Assembly (NCBI GenBank): GCA_965250305.1
Contig: CBDFNS010000017.1
Span: 52,836-116,835, forward strand
Source of the DNA: Candidatus Multivoradales bacterium
GTDB lineage: Bacteria; Acidobacteriota; Thermoanaerobaculia; Multivoradales; J023
Direction of reading: 5' to 3'
DNA: 64,000 nt
Shown: positions 26,019-35,293 of the stretch, one piece after another
How positions within the stretch are numbered: position 1 is the stretch's first letter
Layout: every line of letters begins with the position of its first letter
Program-made: the position numbers and the translations under genes
Notes under the pieces: generated by a model
Database searches by the model: none
What the model saw: only the letters and a program-made list of their open reading frames with translations
Told to the model about the DNA's origin: nothing

Positions 26019-26692
26019 AGGCGGCGCGCGAAGACTTCGCCTGCGTGGTGGGCCACCCGGATTGCGACCTCTGGCAGCGAAACGGCCCGGGATTGTTGCT
26101 CGGCGATCGAGGTCATGCGGACGTCAGGCAGTCCGCATGCGACGATGCCGTCGAATCGGGTGAGGTCCGTGCTCACGTTGAGCGCAAAGCCGTGCATGGT
26201 GATCCACCGACTCAGGTGAACGCCGATCGATGCGATTTTGGCTGGCGTCTCGGGTGAACCCACCCAGACCCCAACGTAGTCCTTGCCCTCCCGGCGCCAA
26301 CCGTCGATACCGAAATCACTCAGCGCGCGGATCAGGACTTCTTGGAGGGCGTGGACGAAGCGACGGATGTCGCGTCGGTCGGGGTTGAGGTCGAAGATCG
26401 GGTAGCCGACCAACTGCCCGGGACCGTGGTAAGTCACCTGGCCACCCCGGTTGGTATCTTCGACCGCGATGTTGTGCTGGGCGAGCCAGGCGGGATCGGC
26501 AATCACGTCGGTGGCGTCGGCGTTGCGACCGAGGGTAAATACCGGCTCGTGTTCGAGGAGTAGCAGGTGGTCGTCGGTCGTGCCGTCCTTGAGTTGCTGC
26601 CGGATTTGCTCTTGTAGGGCCAGCGCGGGTCCGTAGGCCACGCGTCCGAGGTAAGACCAAACCAGCGTCGATCGGGTCGCGGGAGTGTTCAA
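25979..26692 (-). CDS. lipB: octanoyltransferase (lipoyl(octanoyl) transferase)
   Basis: Motifs are FTLGRNA, NRGGQVTYHGPGQLVGYPI and KIASIGVHLSRWITMHGFALNV. The start is proposed at a TTG overlapping the upstream TGA (TTGA) and is uncertain. Confidence 0.85.
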   Translation of the reverse strand: MNTPATRSTLVWSYLGRVAYGPALALQEQIRQQLKDGTTDDHLLLLEHEPVFTLGRNADATDVIADPAWLAQHNIAVEDTNRGGQVTYHGPGQLVGYPIFDLNPDRRDIRRFVHALQEVLIRALSDFGIDGWRREGKDYVGVWVGSPETPAKIASIGVHLSRWITMHGFALNVSTDLTRFDGIVACGLPDVRMTSIAEQQSRAVSLPEVAIRVAHHAGEVFARRLYRSEALTPPKMA

Positions 26693-27513
26693 GGGGCCGA
26701 TGCCTTGATGGCCTTGCGCGCGAGGAGGAAGCTGTGGGTGAGTCGCCAGAGATGATCGAGATGGGCGAGTAGCCGGTGGTCTCCATTCGCGAAGAGATGC
26801 AGCTCGATGCCTTCGAAAGTACACTGGGTTGCGAAGTCGACCACTGCCCGCCAGGAGACTGAGCTGTCGTGGACGCCTTGGAGGAGCAGCGTCGGGGTTT
26901 GGTAGTTCGCTTCGAGGCGTGCGCGGTCGAAGGTGCGCAGATCTTCGATCAGGCGCCAGCTCAGGTCACAGGTGACCAGGTCGTGGCTGAAGGTAAGGCG
27001 GCCCTCACGTTGCCAGCGGACCATCCCTTCGTCGCCCGCCCACCGAGTCAAGCCTGCTTCGAGCTCGAGTGCGGGTGCAATGTGTACGGCGGCAACGATG
27101 TTCTCTGGGTGGAGCGCCGCATACCAAAGGGCGCAGGCGCCTCCCATGGATGAACCCATGAGCACGATGCGGCGAATTCCCTGAGTGTTCAGGAATGTCT
27201 GGACAGCGGCGACGTCCGCCAGGTTGCGCGACGCGGTTAGGCCAAGCATGGTGCCACCCGACGTGCCGTGGCCTTGAAAATCGAAGGAGCAGAAGCCCAT
27301 TCCGGACGCGGACGTTCGGGCGCGAAAGAACGCGGCCTTTTCGCCGTCCTGGCATGAGCCAAAGCCGTGTAGATACAAGATCGCGCAATCGTCCGTTGAA
27401 TCGAGAGGCGGTGTCCACCGTAGAGCGAGATGAGCGTGGCCGGGGTGCGGGTCCGGTTCGCTGGAGGCAACGGGCAACTGTATCGTTTCGGTGGGCGGTG
27501 GTGTCATGGTCAT
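26689..27513 (-). CDS. alpha/beta hydrolase
   Basis: ILYLHGFGS and the nucleophile elbow LMGSSMGG are present. Confidence 0.8.
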   Translation of the reverse strand: MTMTPPPTETIQLPVASSEPDPHPGHAHLALRWTPPLDSTDDCAILYLHGFGSCQDGEKAAFFRARTSASGMGFCSFDFQGHGTSGGTMLGLTASRNLADVAAVQTFLNTQGIRRIVLMGSSMGGACALWYAALHPENIVAAVHIAPALELEAGLTRWAGDEGMVRWQREGRLTFSHDLVTCDLSWRLIEDLRTFDRARLEANYQTPTLLLQGVHDSSVSWRAVVDFATQCTFEGIELHLFANGDHRLLAHLDHLWRLTHSFLLARKAIKASAP

Positions 27514-27630
27514 GCTAGGCGTGCGGCAAACGTGGCGGTTCTTGGTATCGTTCCGAGATGATAACCGGTGACGCGACCGGAGGTGGTGGGTTGGGTGGGG
27601 TGCCGCGGCGCTAAGAAGGAGCGGGCTTCA

Positions 27631-28167
27631 ATGCAGGATTGGCTTCAGCCTGGTAGTGGTTTGGACGGGGTTGGCTTGGTGATCGGTGCCGCGCTGCTGC
27701 TTTTTGGTCGGCAGCTCTATTGGTTGGCGTTGGGCTCTGCCGCGTTTTACTTCGGCCTGTTGATTGGGCCCGAGTTGGCCCCCAACAGCAATGAGGGATT
27801 GCAGCTCGGATTGGCGGCGGTTTTGGGCCTGGCAGGTATTGTCTTCGCCTTTACAGCCCAACGTCTGGCGGTCGGGGTGGGTGGACTGATGATCGGTGCC
27901 TTGGGGGGCCTGTGGCTCGCCCAACCTTGGCAAGCCGAGTTGGGTTCCTGGTTCTGGGCGATGCCCTTCGTCGGTGCGGCGATCGGGGGTGGGTTGGCCT
28001 CGATGGTTTTCGATTTTGCGCTGATCATTCTGTCGTCCTGGGTGGGCGCGACCATTGCCACCGATGCGTTGCCCGTTGCGGCCCACATTCGACCATGGAT
28101 CTTCCTGGGTCTGGTGCTGCTCGGATTCTTCTTACAAACCCGCCGCGGCCGAAGGCCTCGCATCTGA
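27631..28167 (+). CDS. Gly-rich multi-pass membrane protein
   Basis: AAGGAG lies upstream of the ATG at 27631. About 6 hydrophobic segments are present. Confidence 0.6.
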   Translation: MQDWLQPGSGLDGVGLVIGAALLLFGRQLYWLALGSAAFYFGLLIGPELAPNSNEGLQLGLAAVLGLAGIVFAFTAQRLAVGVGGLMIGALGGLWLAQPWQAELGSWFWAMPFVGAAIGGGLASMVFDFALIILSSWVGATIATDALPVAAHIRPWIFLGLVLLGFFLQTRRGRRPRI

Positions 28168-28172
28168 GCGGT

Positions 28173-29117
28173 TTGCTCAGCGTTTCGTCACGGACCGGGC
28201 GCGCAGGTCGCTCGTGGGTCTTGGCCTGCGTGCTCGCGATGTCGCCGGTTGGTGCCGCCGTCCCGGATTTGGGGCCGGTGGCGCTACCGGAGCTGCGGTT
28301 TGAGGCGCCACCGCCACTCCAGGCGGTAGCGGAGCGGTTGGCGGCCACCGATCGTTCGCGCCTGCTTCGCGTGGTTGCGATGACCGGCCTGCGGGACCCG
28401 GGACCGCCCATTCGGGTGCTGGTGGTACCCGAGGACAACGCCGCGGCGCAACAAGCACCATCATGGGTTGTGGGCTATGCCCTCGGCGCGATCGGCACCG
28501 TGGTGCTCCTGCCTGCACGGGTGCCTGCCTATCCCGACCCGACGATCGAGTCGGTCCTGATGCACGAGGTGGCCCATGTCTTGATTGCCCGCGCTGCCCG
28601 ACGGCGGCCCATTCCCCGCTGGTTCAACGAGGGGGTGGCCATGGCTGCCAGCCGATTCGGGTTGCGCGATCGTACGGAGCTGGTGTTCGCCACGATCCGG
28701 CGGCGCCAGGTTTCGCTCGCCGATCTCGACGATGCGTTTCCTGCCGGTGCAGGTGCCGCGGGCCGGGCCTACGCCCTCTCGGGTGCCGTCGTGCGTTGGA
28801 TGCTGGATACCTATGGCGACGGCGTTGTCAGTCGGGTCTTGGGCGGGGTTGGTGCGGGGGCGACGTTCGAGCAAGCCTTTCTCAACGCCACTGGCACCTC
28901 GATCGTGAATGCTGAAACGCTGTTTTGGCGTCGCAATACGTTCTGGCATCAATGGGTGCCTTTTCTTGGCAGCTCGACCTTCCTGTGGCTGACCATTACG
29001 ATGCTATTCCTGGTCGCGGCGCAGCGACGCCGCGTGCGCAACCAGGAAATCGAAGCTCGGTGGGAAGCGGAGGAAGCCGAGCGTGCGCTCGTGGTCGATG
29101 AGTCTTGGGTGAATTGA
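28173..29117 (+). CDS. peptidase MA-like zinc metalloprotease with a C-terminal membrane anchor
   Basis: HEVAH...NEGVA (HExxH plus a downstream Glu) is present, along with a C-terminal helix FLGSSTFLWLTITMLFLVAA. The start is uncertain (TTG at 28173, ATG at 28239). Confidence 0.65.
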   Translation: MLSVSSRTGRAGRSWVLACVLAMSPVGAAVPDLGPVALPELRFEAPPPLQAVAERLAATDRSRLLRVVAMTGLRDPGPPIRVLVVPEDNAAAQQAPSWVVGYALGAIGTVVLLPARVPAYPDPTIESVLMHEVAHVLIARAARRRPIPRWFNEGVAMAASRFGLRDRTELVFATIRRRQVSLADLDDAFPAGAGAAGRAYALSGAVVRWMLDTYGDGVVSRVLGGVGAGATFEQAFLNATGTSIVNAETLFWRRNTFWHQWVPFLGSSTFLWLTITMLFLVAAQRRRVRNQEIEARWEAEEAERALVVDESWVN

Positions 29118-29139
29118 TCGGTTGTTCAGTGGCGCAGCG

Positions 29140-29835
29140 TCAGGTGGCGCAGAGGGTGCCGTCGCCTTCCGCGCAGGTACGGCGGTAGGCGCGGGCGAGG
29201 TAGCGCAGCATGACCTCACCGGCTTCGTCGGCGTCTCGGCCAAAGCAGATGATGCCGTCTTCGTGTCCGCCCATGGCTAGCATGCGGGTTTCGGGTAGCG
29301 CGGTCGAAGCGTAGAGACGCTCGACCGCCCGCGCCATGGCCTGGGTTCCGTAGGGCACGGATGGGTCGGTGGTCGGGATCCGCAGCGCCCGTGCTTGGCG
29401 CCAAACCGTCGGGCTGTGCGCGTGCAGGACGACCCGAATGTGGGGACCCAGGCCATAGATGGCGCCGTGGGTCATCGATTCCGAGGAGGGCATCGCTTGA
29501 CCATGGCTGGTCACCCGGTTGCGCGCAGGATCACAGGCCGTGACGACGCAGAAATCGTCGAGTGACATGCAGGATTTGCCCGAGGTCTGGGTGCCGGTGA
29601 TGAGGAACCCGCGTTGTCGTCTCGGTGCCGATGGCGGACCGACGCGCGCGCTGACATTGCCGTAACCAAAGCCTCCGTAGCGCCCCGGCTGTTGGCCCAC
29701 CAGGCCGGTATGGGCCAGAATCTCCCGCCACGCGATCAAGGTGCATGCGAGTGTGCCGTACCGGCGCGGAGCGAGCGCTTCGCTGCGGTGATTGGCGGTG
29801 AACTTGATAACGCCTTCGTCGACGTGGGGCGGCAA
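29140..29835 (-). CDS. class II aldolase/adducin-family protein
   Basis: MTHGAIYG...VVLHAHSP is a typical metal-ligand region. The start is proposed at a TTG with AAGGAA upstream. The listed ORF's extra 213 N-terminal codons overlap the divergent gene. Confidence 0.65.
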   Translation of the reverse strand: MPPHVDEGVIKFTANHRSEALAPRRYGTLACTLIAWREILAHTGLVGQQPGRYGGFGYGNVSARVGPPSAPRRQRGFLITGTQTSGKSCMSLDDFCVVTACDPARNRVTSHGQAMPSSESMTHGAIYGLGPHIRVVLHAHSPTVWRQARALRIPTTDPSVPYGTQAMARAVERLYASTALPETRMLAMGGHEDGIICFGRDADEAGEVMLRYLARAYRRTCAEGDGTLCAT

Positions 29836-29970
29836 CTCGATATTTCCTTGGGCAGTAACGTTGAAGCGGTTACCGTACCACCGGTGTCGGTTGGTTCCCG
29901 CGGCCTTTTTTGGTTGTCGAGGTGATATCTTTCGAAGATTGTTTGGGGGGATTGGTTTAGGGAGGCGAAG

Positions 29971-31395
29971 ATGAAGAGCCGCAAGCGGCTGGTGGTTGGT
30001 GTCCTTGTTCCGATCGAGCATCCTGAGCCTCAGGCGGCCAACGACTCCGAGAGCGCCTTCGTGGTGCAGCAGATCTTCGATGCGCCCCTGAAGGCAATTG
30101 ATGGTACTGACGCCTTGGAACCGGTGCTGTTCCGCGGTCCGCTCGAGACCGATGACGGGGGCCAAGGCTACCGATTTCGGGCCCACATTCGGGACGACAT
30201 CAGGTTCTCGGATGGCTCGCCGATGACGCCGGAAGATGTGGCCGATAGTCTGCGGAGAGCCACCATCATCGACGAGCAGGGTGAAGTACGTCTCGAGGGA
30301 GACGTGGTTCGGTTCCGGCTGGCCGAACGCAACGCGCGATTTGACCTGAGCTTGGCGCATCCCAAATGCAGTGTGGTGCGTCGTATGGGTCAGCGGCTGA
30401 TCGGAACCGGACCCTTCATGATGCAGCCGGACAGTGTTCCAACGTCGATTCGTTTGGTGCGCAATCCACATCATTTACGCCCTGTGGCCCTCGACGAAGT
30501 GGAGTTTCGTTCCTATACGCTCGACGCCGAGGGGCATGCTACTTCGTTGCTGGGCGCGATTCAGCGCGGTGAAGTTGATCTTTGCAACTCCTTGGCGCGC
30601 GACGACATCGTGGCGTTGTCTGGCGTGCGCAAGTCCGTCCAGACGGGAAGTTCGGTCGCGTTTCTATTTTTCAATACCGAGCGACCAGCGCTCGCCAATC
30701 CGCAGTTGCGTCGTGCGCTAGCCCATTCCATTGATCGCCACGCCGTCGCCAAGACGTGTTACAGCAATGCGTTGGCCTTTGCCGCGACCGGCATGCTTCC
30801 TCGAACGCTCGGGACAGCTGATGACCACTTGCGTTTTGATCCCGAACGCGCCCAGGCCCTGCTTGGCGGGGTTGGGGTTACCGTACCGGACCGCCTGCGT
30901 CTCTTGGTGACGTGGGGGCCGCGGCCCTATCTGCCCAAGCCGATGGCTGTCGCTCGCGTGATCGCTGACCAGTTGGCCGTACTCGGTTGTACGGTGTCGA
31001 TCGAGCAGCCTACCAGCGGTGGTACCTTCAACACCCGGGTTGTGGAAGGGAACTACGATCTGTCGCTTGCGGGTTGGATTGCGGACACCCTCGATCCGTG
31101 CGACTTCCTACAGTCCCTCCTGGCGTCGGATCGAATCGCTACTTGGGACAACTTGTCGGTGAGTGCCAACGACAGTCGCTGGCGAAGTGGCGAAGTGGAT
31201 ATCGCTTTGGCGCGGTATCGCGCGGAACGCTCGGGGACGGCCTTGGGCGATATCGCACAAGGCGTCGATGATGCCGCGCCCCTGGTTCCTTTGATGTATG
31301 GTGCTGCCGTCAGCGCTTGGTCGGATCGCGTGCACCACTATCGGGCGACTTCCCAGGACGGATCTTCGCTCGCGGGCCTTGACGTCGACCTCTGA
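29971..31395 (+). CDS. ABC transporter substrate-binding protein, family 5 (peptide/nickel type)-like
   Basis: The RFSDGSPMTPEDVADSL motif and overall length fit SBP_bac_5. No obvious signal peptide is present. Confidence 0.6.
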   Translation: MKSRKRLVVGVLVPIEHPEPQAANDSESAFVVQQIFDAPLKAIDGTDALEPVLFRGPLETDDGGQGYRFRAHIRDDIRFSDGSPMTPEDVADSLRRATIIDEQGEVRLEGDVVRFRLAERNARFDLSLAHPKCSVVRRMGQRLIGTGPFMMQPDSVPTSIRLVRNPHHLRPVALDEVEFRSYTLDAEGHATSLLGAIQRGEVDLCNSLARDDIVALSGVRKSVQTGSSVAFLFFNTERPALANPQLRRALAHSIDRHAVAKTCYSNALAFAATGMLPRTLGTADDHLRFDPERAQALLGGVGVTVPDRLRLLVTWGPRPYLPKPMAVARVIADQLAVLGCTVSIEQPTSGGTFNTRVVEGNYDLSLAGWIADTLDPCDFLQSLLASDRIATWDNLSVSANDSRWRSGEVDIALARYRAERSGTALGDIAQGVDDAAPLVPLMYGAAVSAWSDRVHHYRATSQDGSSLAGLDVDL

Positions 31396-31553
31396 GTTAC
31401 CAGGGGCGCTGCGTTGATCCGCTCGCGCGGGCTTCGACCTTGCGGCGGAAGGTCGGTCGGCGTTTCGCTTCGTTCTGACGCGGGCAGGCCATATTGATGT
31501 CGGTCTCGATACAATCCCGATTCGATCTCAATTCTTGATCAGGAGATGTCGCG

Positions 31554-31917
31554 ATGAAGCGTACGTGTCGAGGATGGTTGTCCCGGCTTATTCTTGGCGG
31601 CATCGGCCCTGATGCTCGCTGGCGGCTCGGTGGCGGCTCAGGTGCCCACCTTCGCGGAGATCTCGGGGCACGACTTTGGTGTCCGGATCACCGTTCACCA
31701 TCAGATGGCGGCGTACCTCGAAGCGCTCGCGACGTCGTCACCACGTGTGACGGTGGTCGACCAGGGTTCGTCGTGGGAGGGGCGGCGCTTGTTGCTGGCA
31801 GTCGTTACGTCACCCGCCAACCACGCGCGACGCGATGTCATTAATTTTCGCGGGTACTGGCGGGGTGTCGACCGCCTGTTCTTGAATGCTGTGGTGTTGG
31901 GACCCAGCGCGCCCTAG
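31554..31917 (+). pseudogene. frameshifted, 3'-truncated fragment of an M14-family carboxypeptidase
   Basis: AGGAG precedes an ATG giving MKRTCRGWLSRLIL. The signal peptide and HDFGVRITVHHQMAAYLEALATSSPRVTVVDQGSSWEGRRLLLAVVTSPAN continue in the +1 frame. Homology ends after about 100 aa. Confidence 0.6.
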
Positions 31918-31920
31918 TTT

Positions 31921-34900
31921 GTGCTCGAGCGACCTGAAACCATGCTCAAACAAAAACTGGCCAGTGATGTCTTGTCACGCGTTCGCTCGCGGGGCAAGCT
32001 GTATGCCCAGGCGAATGCCGTCCATATTGTGGGCAACACGCATGAAGAGGTTATCGCGGAGGTTATGGGAACCTCGTCGTATGAGGTCGTTCTGCAGTAC
32101 GACCGGAGCGAGAGCCTGGTTTGGTGCCATTGCTCGTGTTCCTATTTTCTCAGTCGGAACGAACCATGCAAACATGCTTGGGCATTGGTCGAGATCTGCG
32201 ACCGAGAGGGACTCCTTGCGGCGGCGGCCGCGGATGAAGACGTTGGACTCGAACCTGCAACGGATGGCTTGCCGCCCAGGGCCCAAGTTGGTGGGGTCTC
32301 CCGCTCCGATTGGCGAACCCAGCTCTCGGAGGTCGCGGTAACAGCGACCGAGCGCTTGTCGAGAGTCCAGTTATCGTTGCAGATTCTCTACCGGATCAAC
32401 CTCGCCACGTCTCGGCAACGCGGCGTCTTGACCATCGAGCTGGGGACGAGTAAACGCGAGCAAAACGGCGATTGGGCCAAGCCGCGCTGGCAGCGCCTCA
32501 ATGTCGATTCGCTAGATGCTCTTCCCGATCCCGCAGATCGCACCTTGTTGGCACATGTGTCCGGCGCTGTTGATCTAGAGGGGGGGGACCTCTACCGGAG
32601 CACCTTCGGGTTACCCAAGGTCTTTTCGATCTCGATCCCGCTCGAAACCGAGTGGCTACGGATCGCCGCGGGTACCAACCGTCTGCGATGTTCGGGGTCA
32701 AAGGATCTCGATGTCGATGAGCCCGTGCCGTGGGACGACGGCGATCCTTGGGTTGTGACGCTCGAGTTTGTCTTGGATCGAACCGGTTCGGCTTGGCGGC
32801 TCGAAGGGAACCTGACAAGGTTCGACGAGCGACGTTCGCATTGGGACGCTGAACTCTTGTCTCAGGGTGGCGTGCTGGTGCTCGACGGGCGGCTCGGGCA
32901 AATCGAAGTCACCGATGCTCTCGAGTGGCTGTTGATGGTACGCCGGAACGGCGCCTTCGAAGTTCCGGTCGAGGAAGCAGCGGCGTTCGTCGAAACGCTC
33001 GGGAGCCTGGGCAGGCCGGAAGCGCTGTGCCTGCCGGAATCGCTCCAGTTCGACCAGACCATTGGCGACCCGCATGCGGGCGTCGTGATCTCGACAATCG
33101 AGGATCAGTGGCGCGTCCAGCAGATCTCGGAGGTCGAATTGGTCTTTGATTACGATGGCACGCGGGTGAGCCGGAGGGATCCGCGGTCCGCGCTCTACAA
33201 CGCCGCGCTTCGTCGCGCGATACTCCGCGACTCCCGAAAGGAAGCCGATGCCGAAACGCTCGTGCGGACGATGGGCGTGCAGAATGGGCCGGCCTACCTG
33301 CACGCTAACGGGATGCCGACACTGGTGATTTCTGCCGGCAAGGTCAACAGCCTCGTTCGCAAAGCGCTCGCCGCCGGGTGGTGGGTCGAGGTCGATGGCG
33401 CGGCCTACCGTGACGGCACATTGTCCCTGGATATTTCATCGGATATCGATTGGTTCGATCTCGATGGCGACATCGTATTCGACGACTATTCTGTCGAGCT
33501 ACCGGTATTGCTGCGCGCACTACACGAAGGCAGCGACACCTTGCCCTTGGCCGACGGCCACGTCGGCATGATTCCCGACGCGGTGCGGACTCGTCTTGAA
33601 CAGTTGATGCAGTTCGCAGCGCTCGAAGACGGCAAGCTTCGCTTCGGCAAACACCAGGTCGGCTTGGTCGACGCGCTGCTGCGAGCGCAGCCCGAGATTC
33701 GGTTCGACAAAACGGTCGCGCAAGCACGGCGCAAGCTGGAAGGGTTCGAAAAGGTAAAGCCGCGCGGCGCGCCGCGGACGTTCCGTGGCGAATTGCGCGA
33801 CTACCAACGTGACGGCTTGGGGTGGCTGCATTTTTTGCGCCGTTTCGGTCTCGGTGGTTGTTTGGCCGATGATATGGGCCTGGGCAAGACCGTCCAGGTG
33901 TTGGCCTTGCTCGAGTGGTGGCGCGGGCAGCGCCGCGCGGCATCGATGGACGCGCCGGTGCCACCGTCGTTGGTGGTGGTGCCACGCTCGCTGGTTTTCA
34001 ATTGGTTGAGCGAAGCGCGGCGATTCGTTCCACGACTTCGGATTTGCGAGCATGTGGGCACCGGACGAGCGCGCTCGCCATCGGAGTTGGGCGACGAGGA
34101 TGTCCTATTGACCACCTACGGTACGTTGCGCCGTGACATCGGCTGGCTGCGAGAGGTCGAATTCGGCTACGCTATTTTGGACGAGTCGCAGGCGATCAAG
34201 AACCCAAAGTCCGTAACGGCTAAAGCCGCGCGCCTGCTCCGAGCTCGACATCGGCTGGCGCTTTCAGGAACGCCGATCGAGAATCACCTCGGCGAACTCG
34301 TGAGCCTTTTCGACTTCTTGATTCCGGGGTTGTTTGGTGGCGGTCGCTACAAGCCGCCGAAGCGGCTCCTGAAAGGAGCAGTTGCCGTGGACGAGCCGGC
34401 CGTTCAGTTGATCGCCAGCACGGTCCGGCCGTTCGTCTTGCGGCGTCTCAAGGAGCAAGTAGCGCTCGATCTGCCTGCCAAGCAAGAAGACGTGCTGTTC
34501 TGCGACTTACCAAAGAAACATCGCAAGGAATACGACCAGCTGCGAGACCACTACCGCCAGATTCTGGCCGGGCGAATCGAATCCCGGGGATTGGCGCGGT
34601 CCAAAATGATTGTCCTGGAAGCTTTGCTGCGCTTGCGCCAAGCGGCCTGCCACCCTGGGTTGCTCAACGCTCATCGAAAGCACGAAGCCAGCGCCAAGCT
34701 CGAGATGTTGTTGCCGCGGCTCGAGGAGATTGCCCGCACCGGAAAAAAGGCACTGGTGTTCTCCCAGTTCACCACCATGCTCGGGATCATCAAGACGGCC
34801 CTCGATGACCGGGAGATTGACTACACCTACCTCGATGGTCGAACGCGAAAGCGCCAAGCTCGCGTTGATTCCTTCCAAAATGACCCGTCCGTATCGATCT

Positions 34901-35199
34901 TTCTGGTCAGTCTCAAAGCCGGTGGCGTCGGTCTCAACCTGACCGCAGCAGAGTACGTATTCCTATTCGATCCTTGGTGGAATCCGGCGACCGAGGCCCA
35001 GGCGATCGACCGCACTCACCGGATTGGCCAAGAGAAGGCGGTCTTTGCGTATCGACTGATCGCGCGTGACACGATCGAAGAGAAGGTGATGCTCCTTCAG
35101 CGTTCGAAGCAGCACCTCGCGCAAGCCGTCTTGACCGCAGATACTCGGTTGGTGAGCAATCTCACCAAAGAAGACCTGGCGCTTCTGCTTTCAGAATAA
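31921..35199 (+). CDS. SNF2-family helicase with an N-terminal SWIM zinc finger
   Basis: The SWIM motif is CHCSCSYFLSRNEPCKH. SNF2 motifs are LADDMGLGKT, DESQAIKN, LSGTPIEN and the C-terminal WWNPATEAQAIDRTHRIGQ. An alternative start is the ATG at 31942. Confidence 0.9.
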   Translation: MLERPETMLKQKLASDVLSRVRSRGKLYAQANAVHIVGNTHEEVIAEVMGTSSYEVVLQYDRSESLVWCHCSCSYFLSRNEPCKHAWALVEICDREGLLAAAAADEDVGLEPATDGLPPRAQVGGVSRSDWRTQLSEVAVTATERLSRVQLSLQILYRINLATSRQRGVLTIELGTSKREQNGDWAKPRWQRLNVDSLDALPDPADRTLLAHVSGAVDLEGGDLYRSTFGLPKVFSISIPLETEWLRIAAGTNRLRCSGSKDLDVDEPVPWDDGDPWVVTLEFVLDRTGSAWRLEGNLTRFDERRSHWDAELLSQGGVLVLDGRLGQIEVTDALEWLLMVRRNGAFEVPVEEAAAFVETLGSLGRPEALCLPESLQFDQTIGDPHAGVVISTIEDQWRVQQISEVELVFDYDGTRVSRRDPRSALYNAALRRAILRDSRKEADAETLVRTMGVQNGPAYLHANGMPTLVISAGKVNSLVRKALAAGWWVEVDGAAYRDGTLSLDISSDIDWFDLDGDIVFDDYSVELPVLLRALHEGSDTLPLADGHVGMIPDAVRTRLEQLMQFAALEDGKLRFGKHQVGLVDALLRAQPEIRFDKTVAQARRKLEGFEKVKPRGAPRTFRGELRDYQRDGLGWLHFLRRFGLGGCLADDMGLGKTVQVLALLEWWRGQRRAASMDAPVPPSLVVVPRSLVFNWLSEARRFVPRLRICEHVGTGRARSPSELGDEDVLLTTYGTLRRDIGWLREVEFGYAILDESQAIKNPKSVTAKAARLLRARHRLALSGTPIENHLGELVSLFDFLIPGLFGGGRYKPPKRLLKGAVAVDEPAVQLIASTVRPFVLRRLKEQVALDLPAKQEDVLFCDLPKKHRKEYDQLRDHYRQILAGRIESRGLARSKMIVLEALLRLRQAACHPGLLNAHRKHEASAKLEMLLPRLEEIARTGKKALVFSQFTTMLGIIKTALDDREIDYTYLDGRTRKRQARVDSFQNDPSVSIFLVSLKAGGVGLNLTAAEYVFLFDPWWNPATEAQAIDRTHRIGQEKAVFAYRLIARDTIEEKVMLLQRSKQHLAQAVLTADTRLVSNLTKEDLALLLSE

Positions 35200-35293
35200 G
35201 CAAGATCCTTGTTGTCGACTCTTCGAGTTCACGATTGGTTGTACTAAGCTCCGGGAGCCAGGGCGGCTTGTCTATGCATTCAGGAAATATCTC

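Noticed and set aside
29836-30474. The N-terminal 213 codons of the listed 444-aa ORF containing the class II aldolase.
   Set aside because: This part overlaps the divergent substrate-binding protein gene and shows no aldolase similarity. A TTG with an AAGGAA ribosome-binding site at 29835 gives a normal-length (~232 aa) aldolase.
31397-31603. A 68-aa minus-strand ORF between the substrate-binding protein gene and the M14 stub.
   Set aside because: It is Arg-rich with no ribosome-binding site. It overlaps the ribosome-binding site, start codon and signal-peptide region of the M14 fragment on the other strand.
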